Positions 1-10,192 of a stretch of 32,000 nucleotides of DNA are shown piece by piece. Origin of the DNA: Blochmannia endosymbiont of Camponotus nipponensis. GTDB taxonomy: Bacteria; Pseudomonadota; Gammaproteobacteria; Enterobacterales; Enterobacteriaceae. The stretch spans positions 480,001 through 512,000 of the forward strand of contig NZ_CP046534.1 of the NCBI RefSeq assembly GCF_009827135.1, given 5' to 3'. The notes under the pieces were generated by a model. That model was not told the DNA's origin. It saw only the letters and a program-made list of their open reading frames with translations, and ran no database searches. Numbering within the stretch: the stretch's first letter is position 1; each line of letters opens with the position of its first letter. Position numbers and translations under genes: made by a program.

Positions 1-1562
1 TAAATGAGAATAAATATAGTGCACATCGAGCTATGCACTATATTAATATAAAAAAAAATAGAATTTCAGATATTCCTCCTCATAATATAAATATAAATCG
101 TGATGCAATAGAAATGGTATGGTGTCAGATTTATCAGTCTTATAAAGATATATGTAATCGTTCTGGATTGGTAGATTTTAATGAATTATTAAAACGTGCA
201 TATATATTATGTTTAAATTATCCAAATATTTTACGTTATTATCAACAAAGATTTATTAATATTTTAGTAGATGAATTTCAAGATACTAATCAAGTTCAAT
301 ATGCTTGGTTACGGCTATTATCAGGAAATAATAATAATTTAATGATTGTGGGGGATGATGATCAATCTATTTATGGTTGGAGAGGAGCGCAAGTAGAAAA
401 CTTTAGACGATTTTTAGAAGATTTTTCGCATGTACGGATTGTTATATTAGAGCAGAATTATCGTTCTACTAGTACTATCTTGAAAGCTGCTAATGCTCTT
501 ATTTGTAAAAATAACATGCGTTTAAAAAAAAATTTATGGACACTTGAAGATAAAGGGAATGCTATTTCCGTTTATTGTGCTGTTAATGTAGCAGATGAAG
601 CTTTATTTGTAGCAAATAATCTAGTAAATTGGAGGGAAAGACATGGTGACTTGAATAAGTGTGCGGTTCTATATCGAAATAATTTTCAATCTCGTTTGAT
701 AGAAGAAATGTTATTAAAAAAAAAGATACCTTATCAAATATATGGAGGGATGCAATTTTTTGAGCGTAAAGAAATCAAGGATATTTTGGCTTATTTAAAA
801 TTTATAGTCAATCAAAGTAATGATACTGCTTATATGAGAATAATTAATACTCCTAATAGAGGGATTGGTCAAAGTACTGTAGAAATGATTAACACATACG
901 CTAACTTAAATCATTTAAGTTTGTGGAACAGTAGTTTATATGTTTCAAACAAAAAGATCATTAAAGGCGGGCCTGCTATTGCTTTAAAAAAATTTATTAC
1001 TTTAATAGATTCATTAAAAAAACAAATTTTAACTACAACATTGTCCTTACATGAACAAATTTGTTATATTATTAAGTCGGTTGGATTGCGGAGTATATAT
1101 GATAAAAATATATCAGCACCAACATATCGTGAACGTATGCAAAATATTGAAGAGTTAATAGCAATGAGTAAGCAATATGATGATTCGTTAGAATCAACGA
1201 TCAATATAAATCCATTACAACAGTTTTTATCATATATATCTGTAGAATTTGAAGGACACTCATCTGATGCATATTCGGATGCGGTGCAATTAATGACGCT
1301 GCATTCTGCAAAAGGATTAGAATTTTCTCAAGTGTTTATTATAGGATTAGAAGAGGGGATTTTTCCAAATTATATTTCTTTGACTAGTCAATCATTATTG
1401 GAAGAAGAGCGTAGATTGATGTATGTTGGCATCACACGTGCTATGCATAAATTAACAATTAGTTATTCAGAAACTCGTTACATCTATGGAAAAGAGAGGG
1501 TAGTTCAATCGCCATCTAGGTTTGTTAATGAATTACCAATAGATTGTTTAGAAATATGTTGA
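1..1562 (+). CDS. uvrD: DNA helicase II UvrD, 5'-truncated by the window edge (frame open from nt 3)
   Basis: It aligns collinearly with E. coli UvrD from about residue 150 onward (AMHYIN.. vs AMWYIN..). SF1 helicase motifs are intact: VDEFQDTN, GDDDQSIYGWRGA, LEQNYRST, TLHSAKGLEF, YVGITRAM. It stops at ..ELPIDCLEIC, earlier than E. coli. Confidence 0.95.
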   Translation, partial: NENKYSAHRAMHYINIKKNRISDIPPHNININRDAIEMVWCQIYQSYKDICNRSGLVDFNELLKRAYILCLNYPNILRYYQQRFINILVDEFQDTNQVQYAWLRLLSGNNNNLMIVGDDDQSIYGWRGAQVENFRRFLEDFSHVRIVILEQNYRSTSTILKAANALICKNNMRLKKNLWTLEDKGNAISVYCAVNVADEALFVANNLVNWRERHGDLNKCAVLYRNNFQSRLIEEMLLKKKIPYQIYGGMQFFERKEIKDILAYLKFIVNQSNDTAYMRIINTPNRGIGQSTVEMINTYANLNHLSLWNSSLYVSNKKIIKGGPAIALKKFITLIDSLKKQILTTTLSLHEQICYIIKSVGLRSIYDKNISAPTYRERMQNIEELIAMSKQYDDSLESTININPLQQFLSYISVEFEGHSSDAYSDAVQLMTLHSAKGLEFSQVFIIGLEEGIFPNYISLTSQSLLEEERRLMYVGITRAMHKLTISYSETRYIYGKERVVQSPSRFVNELPIDCLEIC

Positions 1563-2025
1563 TGTTGTTTACCAGAAATTAGTACTGATTATTGTATAAA
1601 CTTATATTGCTATTTTAATTTTTCAGGTAGTTACTGCTCTAATTACATTAGATTATTATATAATATAGATATATTATTGTTTTTAAAAAAAAGAGATGTA
1701 AAATGCTAAAGATCATTTCATTCTACATATGATATGTGTGTTCTAATTTATGCAAATTGCATTTATAGTAATTAGAAAATAACTCATATTGGGTATGTAG
1801 TTAATCATTATAATAAATTATGTTTATTATTAAATAGATAAACACCTACGAATTATTTCGAATCATTATAGACAGTTTTATATTCAATGACAGTTGTCAT
1901 AACTTTTTCTGTTATGTAATGTGTATTTATGAAATTATAGGCTTGAAAATAGTCAATTATTATTTAATTTTAATTATTATGATCTAATATATTTTAGTTT
2001 GTATCCGTTGAGGAAACAATGGTAT

Positions 2026-2970
2026 ATGTATAATATATTCCAATTTAAAAATAATCATTTATTTCGTGTTGATGAGAAAGATAAAATATCATTTTTAAAT
2101 GATATTATTTGGGTTGATATAATAGATTCAAATGATGATGAATATAGTTTTATACAAAATGTATTGCTACACCAAAAAATGAAATTTTTTGAATTAAAAA
2201 ATATTAACAAGATCGCACGTTTTTTTAGAGATAAAAATGGATTACATATTCGTTCTTTTTTCTTTTCATATGATGGCCAAAAAAAAATAAATAATTCCAT
2301 TGTATCTTTTACCATTTATAATGGATGTCTCTTTACTTTACGTGAAGAAGAATTTCCAGTGTTCTGTAGGTATCAGCAATACTTGCATAATCATTTGTTA
2401 ATTAATGGCAATCCTTATGAATTATTATTAAATTTGTTTGAAGTAAAGCTTGATGATTTAGCAAATAAGATAGAACATATTTATAATACTTTAGAAGCTT
2501 TAAGTTCTGTTATTATGAATGGAGACCAAATAGATGAATATGATCATGCTCTTTCTGATTTAGCTATATTAGAGAATATAGGTTGGAAAATTCGTGTTAA
2601 TTTGTTAGATACTGAAAGAGCAATAAAATTTTTAATACGTAAAGTAAAATTATCTGTAGCACAACAAGAATACGCTAATGATATTTTAAGTGATATTACA
2701 TTGTTATTACCGCATAATGAATATGTATTTCACCAAGTAAGTGTTTTAACTCAGTCAGCAATGGGTTTTATTAATATTGAGCAAAATAGAATTATAAAAA
2801 TTTTTTCAGTTGTTTTTTTGCCTCCAACTTTAATAGCATCTAGTTACGGAATGAATTTTGAATTTATGCCGGAATTACAATGGTCGTTTGGTTATCCTAG
2901 CGCTATTATTTTAATGATTTTAGCAGGACTTGCTCCTTATATTTATTTTAAATATAAAAATTGGCTATGA
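2026..2970 (+). CDS. corA: Mg2+/Co2+ transporter CorA
   Basis: It aligns over its full length with E. coli CorA (MYNIFQFKNNHLFRV vs MLSAFQLENNRLTRL). It has the YGMNFEFMPEL (GMN) motif and two C-terminal TM segments. I moved the start from the track's TTG 1999 to ATG 2026, which has AGGA 12 nt upstream and matches the E. coli N-terminus. Confidence 0.93.
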   Translation: MYNIFQFKNNHLFRVDEKDKISFLNDIIWVDIIDSNDDEYSFIQNVLLHQKMKFFELKNINKIARFFRDKNGLHIRSFFFSYDGQKKINNSIVSFTIYNGCLFTLREEEFPVFCRYQQYLHNHLLINGNPYELLLNLFEVKLDDLANKIEHIYNTLEALSSVIMNGDQIDEYDHALSDLAILENIGWKIRVNLLDTERAIKFLIRKVKLSVAQQEYANDILSDITLLLPHNEYVFHQVSVLTQSAMGFINIEQNRIIKIFSVVFLPPTLIASSYGMNFEFMPELQWSFGYPSAIILMILAGLAPYIYFKYKNWL

Positions 2971-3339
2971 AATTTAATAATTTGATTATATTATAATATG
3001 TAATTTTTTAAATAAATACTAATCGAGTACAGTTTAGATATTGAAAATATATTTTCTGTATATTTTGTAATTTAATATTACAGTAAAAATTAAATAAATT
3101 TAATATTTTGAGTCTTTTATGTGTGAATATATTTAATTGATCTATAAAAATAGTTATAAAAATTTTTTTATAGAATAAAAAAATCATTTTATATAGAAGT
3201 ATAAAAAATAATGCAAAAAATTAGTGTAAGAAACAATATTTATTATGATACATCGATTTTTTTATTAATCATGTCATAATCATCGGTGTGTAATAATTAT
3301 TATCGTGTATTTTAATAAAAGTAATAAGCGAGGTAATAA

Positions 3340-4137
3340 ATGTTTCGCATCGTTGCGTCTGATTTAGATGGAACTCTGCTAACACCAGACTACCGATTAA
3401 CATCTTTTACTAAAAAAATTCTGCAATTATTAACCAATCGAAATATTCATTTTGTTTTTGCTACTGGTCGGCATCATATAAACGTCATGAAAATACGTGA
3501 AAACTTGAAAATTGACTCTTATATGATTACTTCTAATGGAGCAAGAATACACAATTCTGATGGAAAATTAATTGCTTCTTATAATTTAGACACAGACATT
3601 GTTTCTGACTTATTATATATAGTACATCATGATGCTCAGATTATTACTAATGTTTTTTATAATGATAAGTTGTTGATGAATAAGTCAATATTACAGCCAC
3701 GTTGGCTGACTAATGGAGCTAATTTTGATGTTTATCAAAAGAATACATTACCTTTAGATGGTATTTGTAAAGTATATTTTACTAGTAATAATTATCAGCG
3801 ATTATTGTGTTTAGAAAAAGAATTAAACACGCGATGGGAGCATCGCGTGAATGTTAGTTTTTCGCTTCCTACATGTCTTGAGGTAATGCCAGAAGGGGTT
3901 TCTAAAGGGCACGCTTTAGAGAAAGTGGCTAAATTATTAGGATGTCAACTTAAAGATTGTATTTCATTTGGTGATGGCATGAACGATCAAGAAATGTTGT
4001 CGATGGCAGGAAAGGGGTGTATTATGAGTAATGCTCAACAACGTCTAAAAGATACGCTTCCATTATTGGAAATTATTGGTAGCAATAAATATGATGCCGT
4101 TTCCCACTATTTACAATGTATTTTTTTTCATAATTAA
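3340..4137 (+). CDS. yigL: Cof-type HAD phosphatase (sugar-phosphate / PLP phosphatase YigL)
   Basis: It is collinear with E. coli YigL (VASDLDGTLL, FVFATGRHH, ITSNGAR, GVSKGHALE, FGDGMND, MAGKGCIM). A GAGG sequence lies about 8 nt upstream of the ATG. Its position downstream of uvrD-corA matches E. coli. Confidence 0.9.
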   Translation: MFRIVASDLDGTLLTPDYRLTSFTKKILQLLTNRNIHFVFATGRHHINVMKIRENLKIDSYMITSNGARIHNSDGKLIASYNLDTDIVSDLLYIVHHDAQIITNVFYNDKLLMNKSILQPRWLTNGANFDVYQKNTLPLDGICKVYFTSNNYQRLLCLEKELNTRWEHRVNVSFSLPTCLEVMPEGVSKGHALEKVAKLLGCQLKDCISFGDGMNDQEMLSMAGKGCIMSNAQQRLKDTLPLLEIIGSNKYDAVSHYLQCIFFHN

Positions 4138-4480
4138 TCTGAAATATTGTTAATAATAAATATTAATAATTATAATACTCACAATTAATCTATAAATATA
4201 ATTTGATAACAAATAAATTTATTGAAGAATCATTGTTATTAACAAAAGACTAATATAAAAATCAATGATAGTACAAATTATAATTTTCTATGAAGGTTAT
4301 TATTTTTTTTATGTACTTCACTACACTGAAAGTGTTTTTTATATTTTAATATAAATAATAAAAATTTATAATTTTTTATTTAATTTTTAAAAATGTAATG
4401 TTGTTGTGTGATGCATAGGAAACTATTAAAAATTAAGATATTCAAATATATTTATATAAAAAATAATAAATTTTTTAATA

Positions 4481-5074
4481 TCATGCACATAAATAACTGT
4501 GCATTCCATCAAGTAACATTTGGGTAGAAATCATTACTAACAACAAACCCATTAATCTCTCTAATGCGCTGATACCTTTATTGCCTAATAGACGAGAAAA
4601 TATATTAGATAACATTAAAATTAACATGGATAATCCCCAAGCAATAATTAATGCCAAAATTAAACAATTGATTTGCTGGGGATATTGATGAGATAACAAT
4701 AATAATGTTGCTAAAATCGAAGGACCTGCAACTAAAGGGATAGCAAGTGGCACTAAAAAAGGTTCTTCTCCATCTGATAATCCCGTGTTATTTCCTTCTT
4801 CTGAAGGAAATATCATTTTTATAGCAATTAAAAACAACACAATACCTCCAGAAATTGAAACTGTTTCTGTATGTAGATTAAGAAATACTAAAATATGTTC
4901 ACCAACAAATAAAAAACCTAACATTAATAATAAAGCAATTATCATCTCTCGAATTATTATAATTTGACGTCTTTTTGGTTCTAAGTCTTTTAGTATCGAC
5001 ATAAAAATCGGTAAATTTCCGATAGGATCCATAATTAAAAATAATAGAACTGTAGCTGATATCATTTCATTCAT
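4481..5074 (-). CDS. yhgN: MarC-family inner membrane protein YhgN
   Basis: It is nearly collinear with E. coli YhgN (MNEMISATVLLFLIMDPIGNLPIFMS.., VPLAIPLVAGPSILATLLLLS, ALERLMGLLLVM). It is divergent from asd, as in E. coli. Confidence 0.9.
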   Translation of the reverse strand: MNEMISATVLLFLIMDPIGNLPIFMSILKDLEPKRRQIIIIREMIIALLLMLGFLFVGEHILVFLNLHTETVSISGGIVLFLIAIKMIFPSEEGNNTGLSDGEEPFLVPLAIPLVAGPSILATLLLLSHQYPQQINCLILALIIAWGLSMLILMLSNIFSRLLGNKGISALERLMGLLLVMISTQMLLDGMHSYLCA

Positions 5075-5261
5075 TATTATTTTCCTAGAAGTTATGTGTA
5101 TTTTGTATACACTACACTTTTTATAAAGTAAATTATAAATATTGGTTATAAATATATTATATTATATCAACATATTTTTAATAAATGTTCAATATCTCAT
5201 AATACTCGGAATACATATAATTTTTGATACACAGTGCTTAATAATAATTGAGAGATTGATA

Positions 5262-6368
5262 ATGAAAAATATTGGGTTTGTTGGTTGGAGAGGTATGGTA
5301 GGTTCAGTGCTAATGAATCGTATGCAAGAAGAACATGATTTTGATTATTTTCATTCCACTTTTCTTTCTACATCTCAAGTAGGAGAAGATGCGCCAAATA
5401 TTCGAGGGGTACAAGAATTATTTTTACAAGATGCTTATAATATTGAACTTCTTCATTCTTTAGATATTATTGTTACATGTCAGGGCAGTTCATATAGTAA
5501 AATTATTTACCCAAAACTAAGAAAAATTGGTTGGACAGGATATTGGATTGATAGCGCTTCGCTCTTAAGAATGAATGATGATGCGATTATTGTTTTGGAT
5601 CCTGTGAATCAAGTATTTATAGAACAAAGTATAAATAATGGCATTAAAACTTTTGTAGGTGGTAATTGTACTGTAAGTTTAATGTTAATGTCTTTAGGTG
5701 GGCTATTTGCTCACAATTTGATCGAATGGGTTTTTTCCTCTACCTATCAAGCAGCTTCTGGATATGGAGCACGTGCTATGCGTGAGTTATTGATACAAAT
5801 GGGTCAAGTGTACAATTTGGTAATTGATTTTTTAAAATCTCCTGTAATGGCTATTTTAGATATTGAACATATGATTACTAAATTTAGTAAAACTGATTCT
5901 TTATTAGTAGATTGTTTTAAAGTTCCCTTAGTAGGTAGTGTCATTCCGTGGATTGGTAATGATGCGTGTGATGGTCAAACTCAAGAAGAATGGAAAGGCC
6001 AATCAGAAACTAACAAAATTCTCAATACTTCTGAAATTATAACAGTGGATAGTTTATGTGTACGTGTTAGCTCATTACGTTGTCATAGTCAATCATTTGT
6101 CTTAAAACTTAAGAAAGATATTTGTCTGATGGAAATAGAAGAAATACTTCAATCTCATAATGAATGGGTAGAAGTAATACCAAATGATATTGTACAAACA
6201 TTAGGAAGATTAACTCCTGTTATGGTATCTGGAACACTAAAGATACCTATTGGCCGGTTACGTAAATTGAATGTAAGTAATAAATACATTTCAGCTTTTA
6301 GCGTGGGTGATCAATTACTATGGGGAGCAGCTGAACCATTACGAAGAATAATACGTCAATTGGTATAA
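5262..6368 (+). CDS. asd: Aspartate-semialdehyde dehydrogenase
   Basis: [16 protein letters not shown].. matches the E. coli Asd N-terminus. It has the active-site GGNCTVSLM, and the C-terminus [13 protein letters not shown] is conserved. The track ORF begins at TTG 5142, but its 40 extra residues are low-complexity and have no homologue, so I moved the start to ATG 5262 (GAGAG upstream). Confidence 0.95.
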   Translation: MKNIGFVGWRGMVGSVLMNRMQEEHDFDYFHSTFLSTSQVGEDAPNIRGVQELFLQDAYNIELLHSLDIIVTCQGSSYSKIIYPKLRKIGWTGYWIDSASLLRMNDDAIIVLDPVNQVFIEQSINNGIKTFVGGNCTVSLMLMSLGGLFAHNLIEWVFSSTYQAASGYGARAMRELLIQMGQVYNLVIDFLKSPVMAILDIEHMITKFSKTDSLLVDCFKVPLVGSVIPWIGNDACDGQTQEEWKGQSETNKILNTSEIITVDSLCVRVSSLRCHSQSFVLKLKKDICLMEIEEILQSHNEWVEVIPNDIVQTLGRLTPVMVSGTLKIPIGRLRKLNVSNKYISAFSVGDQLLWGAAEPLRRIIRQLV

Positions 6369-6525
6369 ATCCACTTATTTTAAAAATTAGGCCGTATGCC
6401 GTGTGTAATATGAAAATTAAATAAAATAGTAAATTACATACTATTAAAAAACAAATATACTTAATACAATGAATGAAGTAAATTTACAATTACTGTATTA
6501 TATGCTTGCAATATGAAACTAGTAT

Positions 6526-7116
6526 TTAATAATAAGAATGCATTCCATGTTGATGTTGAGTAATATCTAGTACTCCTTTTAATTCTGGGAAAAGATTCTT
6601 CAAAGTGGTTTCGATTCCTTCTTTTATAGTATGGTGAGCCATTGCACAACCATTGCAACCTCCATAGAACTTAATAACAGCTAATAAATCTTCAGTAACG
6701 TGCATTAAAGATACGCTTCCTCCATGCATTTCCAGTTGTGGATTAATTTTAAATTGCAATATATGTCTTATTTGTTCTTCCAGAGTATTATTACTCATTT
6801 TATCTTCTGTGTTGTTGTACGCTTTAGTAGCGTTAGGAGCTTTAATAGTAAGTTGATCGCCTAGTTTATTAATCGCAACGTCAATGCATGCGTTTTCAAG
6901 AAAAGATATATATAATTTATCAATGTGGACATTAAAGCATTTAAATTTAATAACAATGTCATTGGGCTGAAATTTTTCTGGTGGACAAAAACGAACGCCG
7001 CATTCTGCATTAACTGTACCCGGATTTATTACAAAAATCCGTATTTGAGTGCCCTGTTTTTTATTTGCTAACAGCTTGGTAAAATGCTCTTGAGCAACAG
7101 AAGTTATATAAATCAT
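6526..7116 (-). CDS. nfuA: Fe-S cluster carrier protein NfuA
   Basis: It is collinear with E. coli NfuA/YhgI (TQIRIFVINPGT.NAECGV, QLTIKAPNA, INPQLEMHGG, GGCNGCAM CXXC motif, FPELKGV.D.T.HQ.G.HSYY). Confidence 0.93.
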   Translation of the reverse strand: MIYITSVAQEHFTKLLANKKQGTQIRIFVINPGTVNAECGVRFCPPEKFQPNDIVIKFKCFNVHIDKLYISFLENACIDVAINKLGDQLTIKAPNATKAYNNTEDKMSNNTLEEQIRHILQFKINPQLEMHGGSVSLMHVTEDLLAVIKFYGGCNGCAMAHHTIKEGIETTLKNLFPELKGVLDITQHQHGMHSYY

Positions 7117-8485
7117 TTATGCTACACACTAAATAATTAAATAATACAGTAATATATAATGTTAAAGTTTATACGTTTTCTTAAACTATTTAAATTATAG
7201 CGTACATCTATCTTCATGTATTTTATATATATATATTCGACATATAGTTTATATATATACTACGTAATATAATTTAAGTGCATTAATTACATGTACAAAC
7301 TCTTTTAATATTATTATAAATAGATCTACTTTAAAATATAAAATAATATTAAGATATATGTCTATTGTATCAAAGTGATTTTCCATTAACAACTTTAATA
7401 TATTATATTTTTAAAAAAATAAAAAATATTTAATAATTTGTAGTTGTAATATGAAAAAAGATAATAATCTTATTATTTATTGTACTATCATTGATAGATT
7501 TAAAATTTGAATGTTAACAGTAGCGCAAAAATTTATGGATAATTAAATTTATAAAATACTATGGATGCTCTTAAATATGAATTAATAAAAGTTTTAAACG
7601 CAGGTTAATGTTAAAATTTTTTGTTATCAGTTAAAATTTAAATAATATTTATGGGTATTAATGTTACGTATAACACAAAAATTTTTAACCATTATGTTTA
7701 TAAAAAATAATACTTTTAATGACAATCATTAAGATATCAACGTATCATGAATTATATATATAAAATTTTCAGAACGTTGGTATGTTTATAAACATTCAGA
7801 ATGGATACTTTATTGTTTTTTTACATATTTAATAAAGGTAACATATAAATCTTGAATTACATGGATTTATATGTCAATATATATATTGATAATTGAAAAT
7901 TTATATTTAACTTATAGAATGGTATGGGATTTAATGTTGCTGATATTGATTATTGCGATAAATATCAGCTATTAAAATATTAAAAAATTTGTGATGTAAT
8001 ACTTTTTTTAAACAATCGTTGATTTTTTTATAACCACATGATATAATTATATCATATATTTAATAAATATTCTGGTTATTAATTCAAATAAAAAATTATT
8101 TTTAATAATAATAATAATTACAATAATAAGATAAGCATCTTTGCAAATCTTGTGTAATAGACATACTCTATAACGCTAATATAATTGTTGATTTAATGTG
8201 CACTAAATTTTAATCTGTACTTGTACTGGTTATTTTTCGTGTTCATTTAGCTATTATCGATATTTTGCGCTATAATAAGCATTATGTTCTGAATTGTATT
8301 CGGAATTTATATTACAATAAACGCATATCGTTATATATTAACAATTAGTAGCATTATTGTATTGATTGTATTATTCTACATAAGCATTTATATTTATAAA
8401 AATACAATGATATAATACTTCATATTTTTGTATTATGCATTAATAGATCAATGAGATCTTCACGTAAAGTGACGAAGTGTGTAAG
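7117..8485. other. About 1.36 kb ORF-free, extremely AT-rich spacer (putative eroded remnant of deleted genes)
   Basis: The six-frame track shows no ORF on either strand. By eye it has almost no G/C. It contains only short AT hairpins and palindromes (7841-7874, 7939-7969, 8038-8055). Confidence 0.6.
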
Positions 8486-9064
8486 ATGGAGAAATCGTTT
8501 TCATATAAAAATATGTTAAAAAAGCATAATATTTTTTTAATTGGTCCTATGGGCGCTGGGAAAAGTACCATCGGGCGTCAATTAGCAAATCAATTAAATA
8601 TGGAATTTTTTGATTCTGATCAAGAAATTGAGAATCGTACCGGAGCAAACATTAGTTGGGTCTTTGATGTGGAAGGGGAAGTTAGATTCCGTGATCGTGA
8701 AGAAAAAGTTATTGATGAGTTAACAAAAAAAAAGGATATTGTATTAGCGACTGGAGGAGGTTCTGTTAAATCTCGCATAACACGAAATAATCTTTCTGAT
8801 CGTGGATTAGTAGTGTATTTAGAAACAACTGTTGACAAACAATTAATGCGAACGCAACATGACAAAAGACGTCCATTATTAAGGTCATCATCGACCTCAG
8901 GAAATATTCGGGAATTATTAGAAGTCTTAGCTAAAGAACGCAATCCGTTGTATGAAGAAATTTCAGATATAAGAATTTCCACTGATGAAAAAAATATTAG
9001 GATCGTTGTGAATAAAATTATAATTCTTCGTAACCAGAGTACTTCATGTGGCTCATTATTGTAA
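8486..9064 (+). CDS. aroK: Shikimate kinase I
   Basis: [35 protein letters not shown] is nearly identical to E. coli AroK. The start is ambiguous: GTG 8477, ATG 8486, or ATG 8513 (the last gives an E. coli-length N-terminus, MLKKHNIFL). None has a clear SD. Confidence 0.9.
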   Translation: MEKSFSYKNMLKKHNIFLIGPMGAGKSTIGRQLANQLNMEFFDSDQEIENRTGANISWVFDVEGEVRFRDREEKVIDELTKKKDIVLATGGGSVKSRITRNNLSDRGLVVYLETTVDKQLMRTQHDKRRPLLRSSSTSGNIRELLEVLAKERNPLYEEISDIRISTDEKNIRIVVNKIIILRNQSTSCGSLL

Positions 9065-9103
9065 ATTACCCGTTCACAACTTTAAAGTTTTCACAATTTT
9101 ATT

Positions 9104-10192
9104 ATGGAAAAAATTATTGTAAAATTACAGCAAAGAAGCTATCCAGTCATTATTTCAGAAAAATTGTTTGATGATGATTCATATTTTTGGCCTTTAAGCG
9201 TTGGTGATAAAGTAGTCTTTATCACCAACGATCGAGTAGCACCGATTTATTTAAATATATTATCTAACATACTAGATAATTTAGGTATGATTACTGATCA
9301 ATTAATTTTACCAGATGGGGAAAAAAATAAATCTTTAATTACATTAAACACAATATTTAATAAATTGTTGCAGCAAAATTATGATCGCAGTACTGTACTT
9401 ATTGCTCTTGGTGGGGGGGTCATTGGAGATATAACTGGATTTGCAGCTGCTATATATAAACGAGGGATACGCTTTATTCAAATTCCAACGACTTTGCTTG
9501 CACAAGTAGATGCGTCTATTGGTGGAAAAACTGGTATCAACCATATACTTGGTAAAAATATGATTGGAGCTTTTCATCAACCTATTGCGGTGATGATAAA
9601 TTTAGATGTTTTGCATACGTTAACTATGAAAGAATTTTCTTCTGGATTAGCTGAAATAATTAAGTATGCTGTTTCTCTTGATTCCGATTTTTTTAGTTGG
9701 TTAGAATTTCATTTGGATGACTTATTGAATTTAAACTCGTCATCTTTAACATATTGTATTCGTCGTTGTTGTGAATTAAAAGCATCTGTAGTTTCAATTG
9801 ATGAGTATGATCAAAAAGGCATTAGAAGTTCGTTGAATCTTGGACATACTTATGGTCATGCTATTGAATCATATTTAGGTTATACACGATGGTCTCATGG
9901 TGAAGCTGTAGCTGCGGGTATTATGCTGGCGGCAACCACTGCGTTGCGTTTGAATCAATTTAGTCATAATGATGTTAAACGTATAAAGTTATTATTAATG
10001 CGTGCTAATTTACCGATTCGAGGTCCAAAAGAAATGACACCAGGAAGTTATTTAGACTATATGATCCGTGATAAAAAGACAATATTAGGGCAAATTAATT
10101 TAGTTTTACCCGTTGCTATAGGACACGTAAAAACTTTTTTTAATGTAAATCATGAATTAATATTTTCTTCTATTGAAGATACTAATAATTAA
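9104..10192 (+). CDS. aroB: 3-dehydroquinate synthase
   Basis: It is collinear with E. coli AroB (ERSYP, LPDGE..KSL, ALGGGVIGDITGFAAA, GGKTGINH.LGKNMIGAF.QP, LNLGHT.GHAIE, HGEAVAAG). It lies immediately downstream of aroK, as in E. coli. Confidence 0.95.
   Translation: MEKIIVKLQQRSYPVIISEKLFDDDSYFWPLSVGDKVVFITNDRVAPIYLNILSNILDNLGMITDQLILPDGEKNKSLITLNTIFNKLLQQNYDRSTVLIALGGGVIGDITGFAAAIYKRGIRFIQIPTTLLAQVDASIGGKTGINHILGKNMIGAFHQPIAVMINLDVLHTLTMKEFSSGLAEIIKYAVSLDSDFFSWLEFHLDDLLNLNSSSLTYCIRRCCELKASVVSIDEYDQKGIRSSLNLGHTYGHAIESYLGYTRWSHGEAVAAGIMLAATTALRLNQFSHNDVKRIKLLLMRANLPIRGPKEMTPGSYLDYMIRDKKTILGQINLVLPVAIGHVKTFFNVNHELIFSSIEDTNN

Noticed and set aside
1999-2025. N-terminal extensions implied by the track's TTG/GTG starts: corA 1999, asd 5142, rpsL 15569, fusA 16736, rplJ 22766, rplL 23388, rpoB 24041 and rplK 21239.
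   Set aside because: The extra residues have no counterpart in E. coli orthologues. In most cases the downstream ATG reproduces the conserved N-terminus and sits 5-12 nt after a GGAG/GAGG-type SD. The SD would lie inside the extended ORF.
2055-2315. Antisense or out-of-frame ORFs from the track that lie inside well-supported genes. These are 2055-2315(-), 4785-4967(+), 6461-6658(-), 8620-8982(-), 9344-9580(-), 19546-19821(-), 19915-20148(-), 21334-21540(-), 22870-23055(-), 23074-23283(-), 28860-29135(-), 30627-30821(-), 31123-31326(-) and 31500-31718(-).
   Set aside because: Each is fully embedded opposite or out of frame to a gene with near-complete E. coli homology. Their translations are low-complexity or Ser/Pro/Arg-rich mirror-frame artefacts with no recognisable family or ribosome-binding site.
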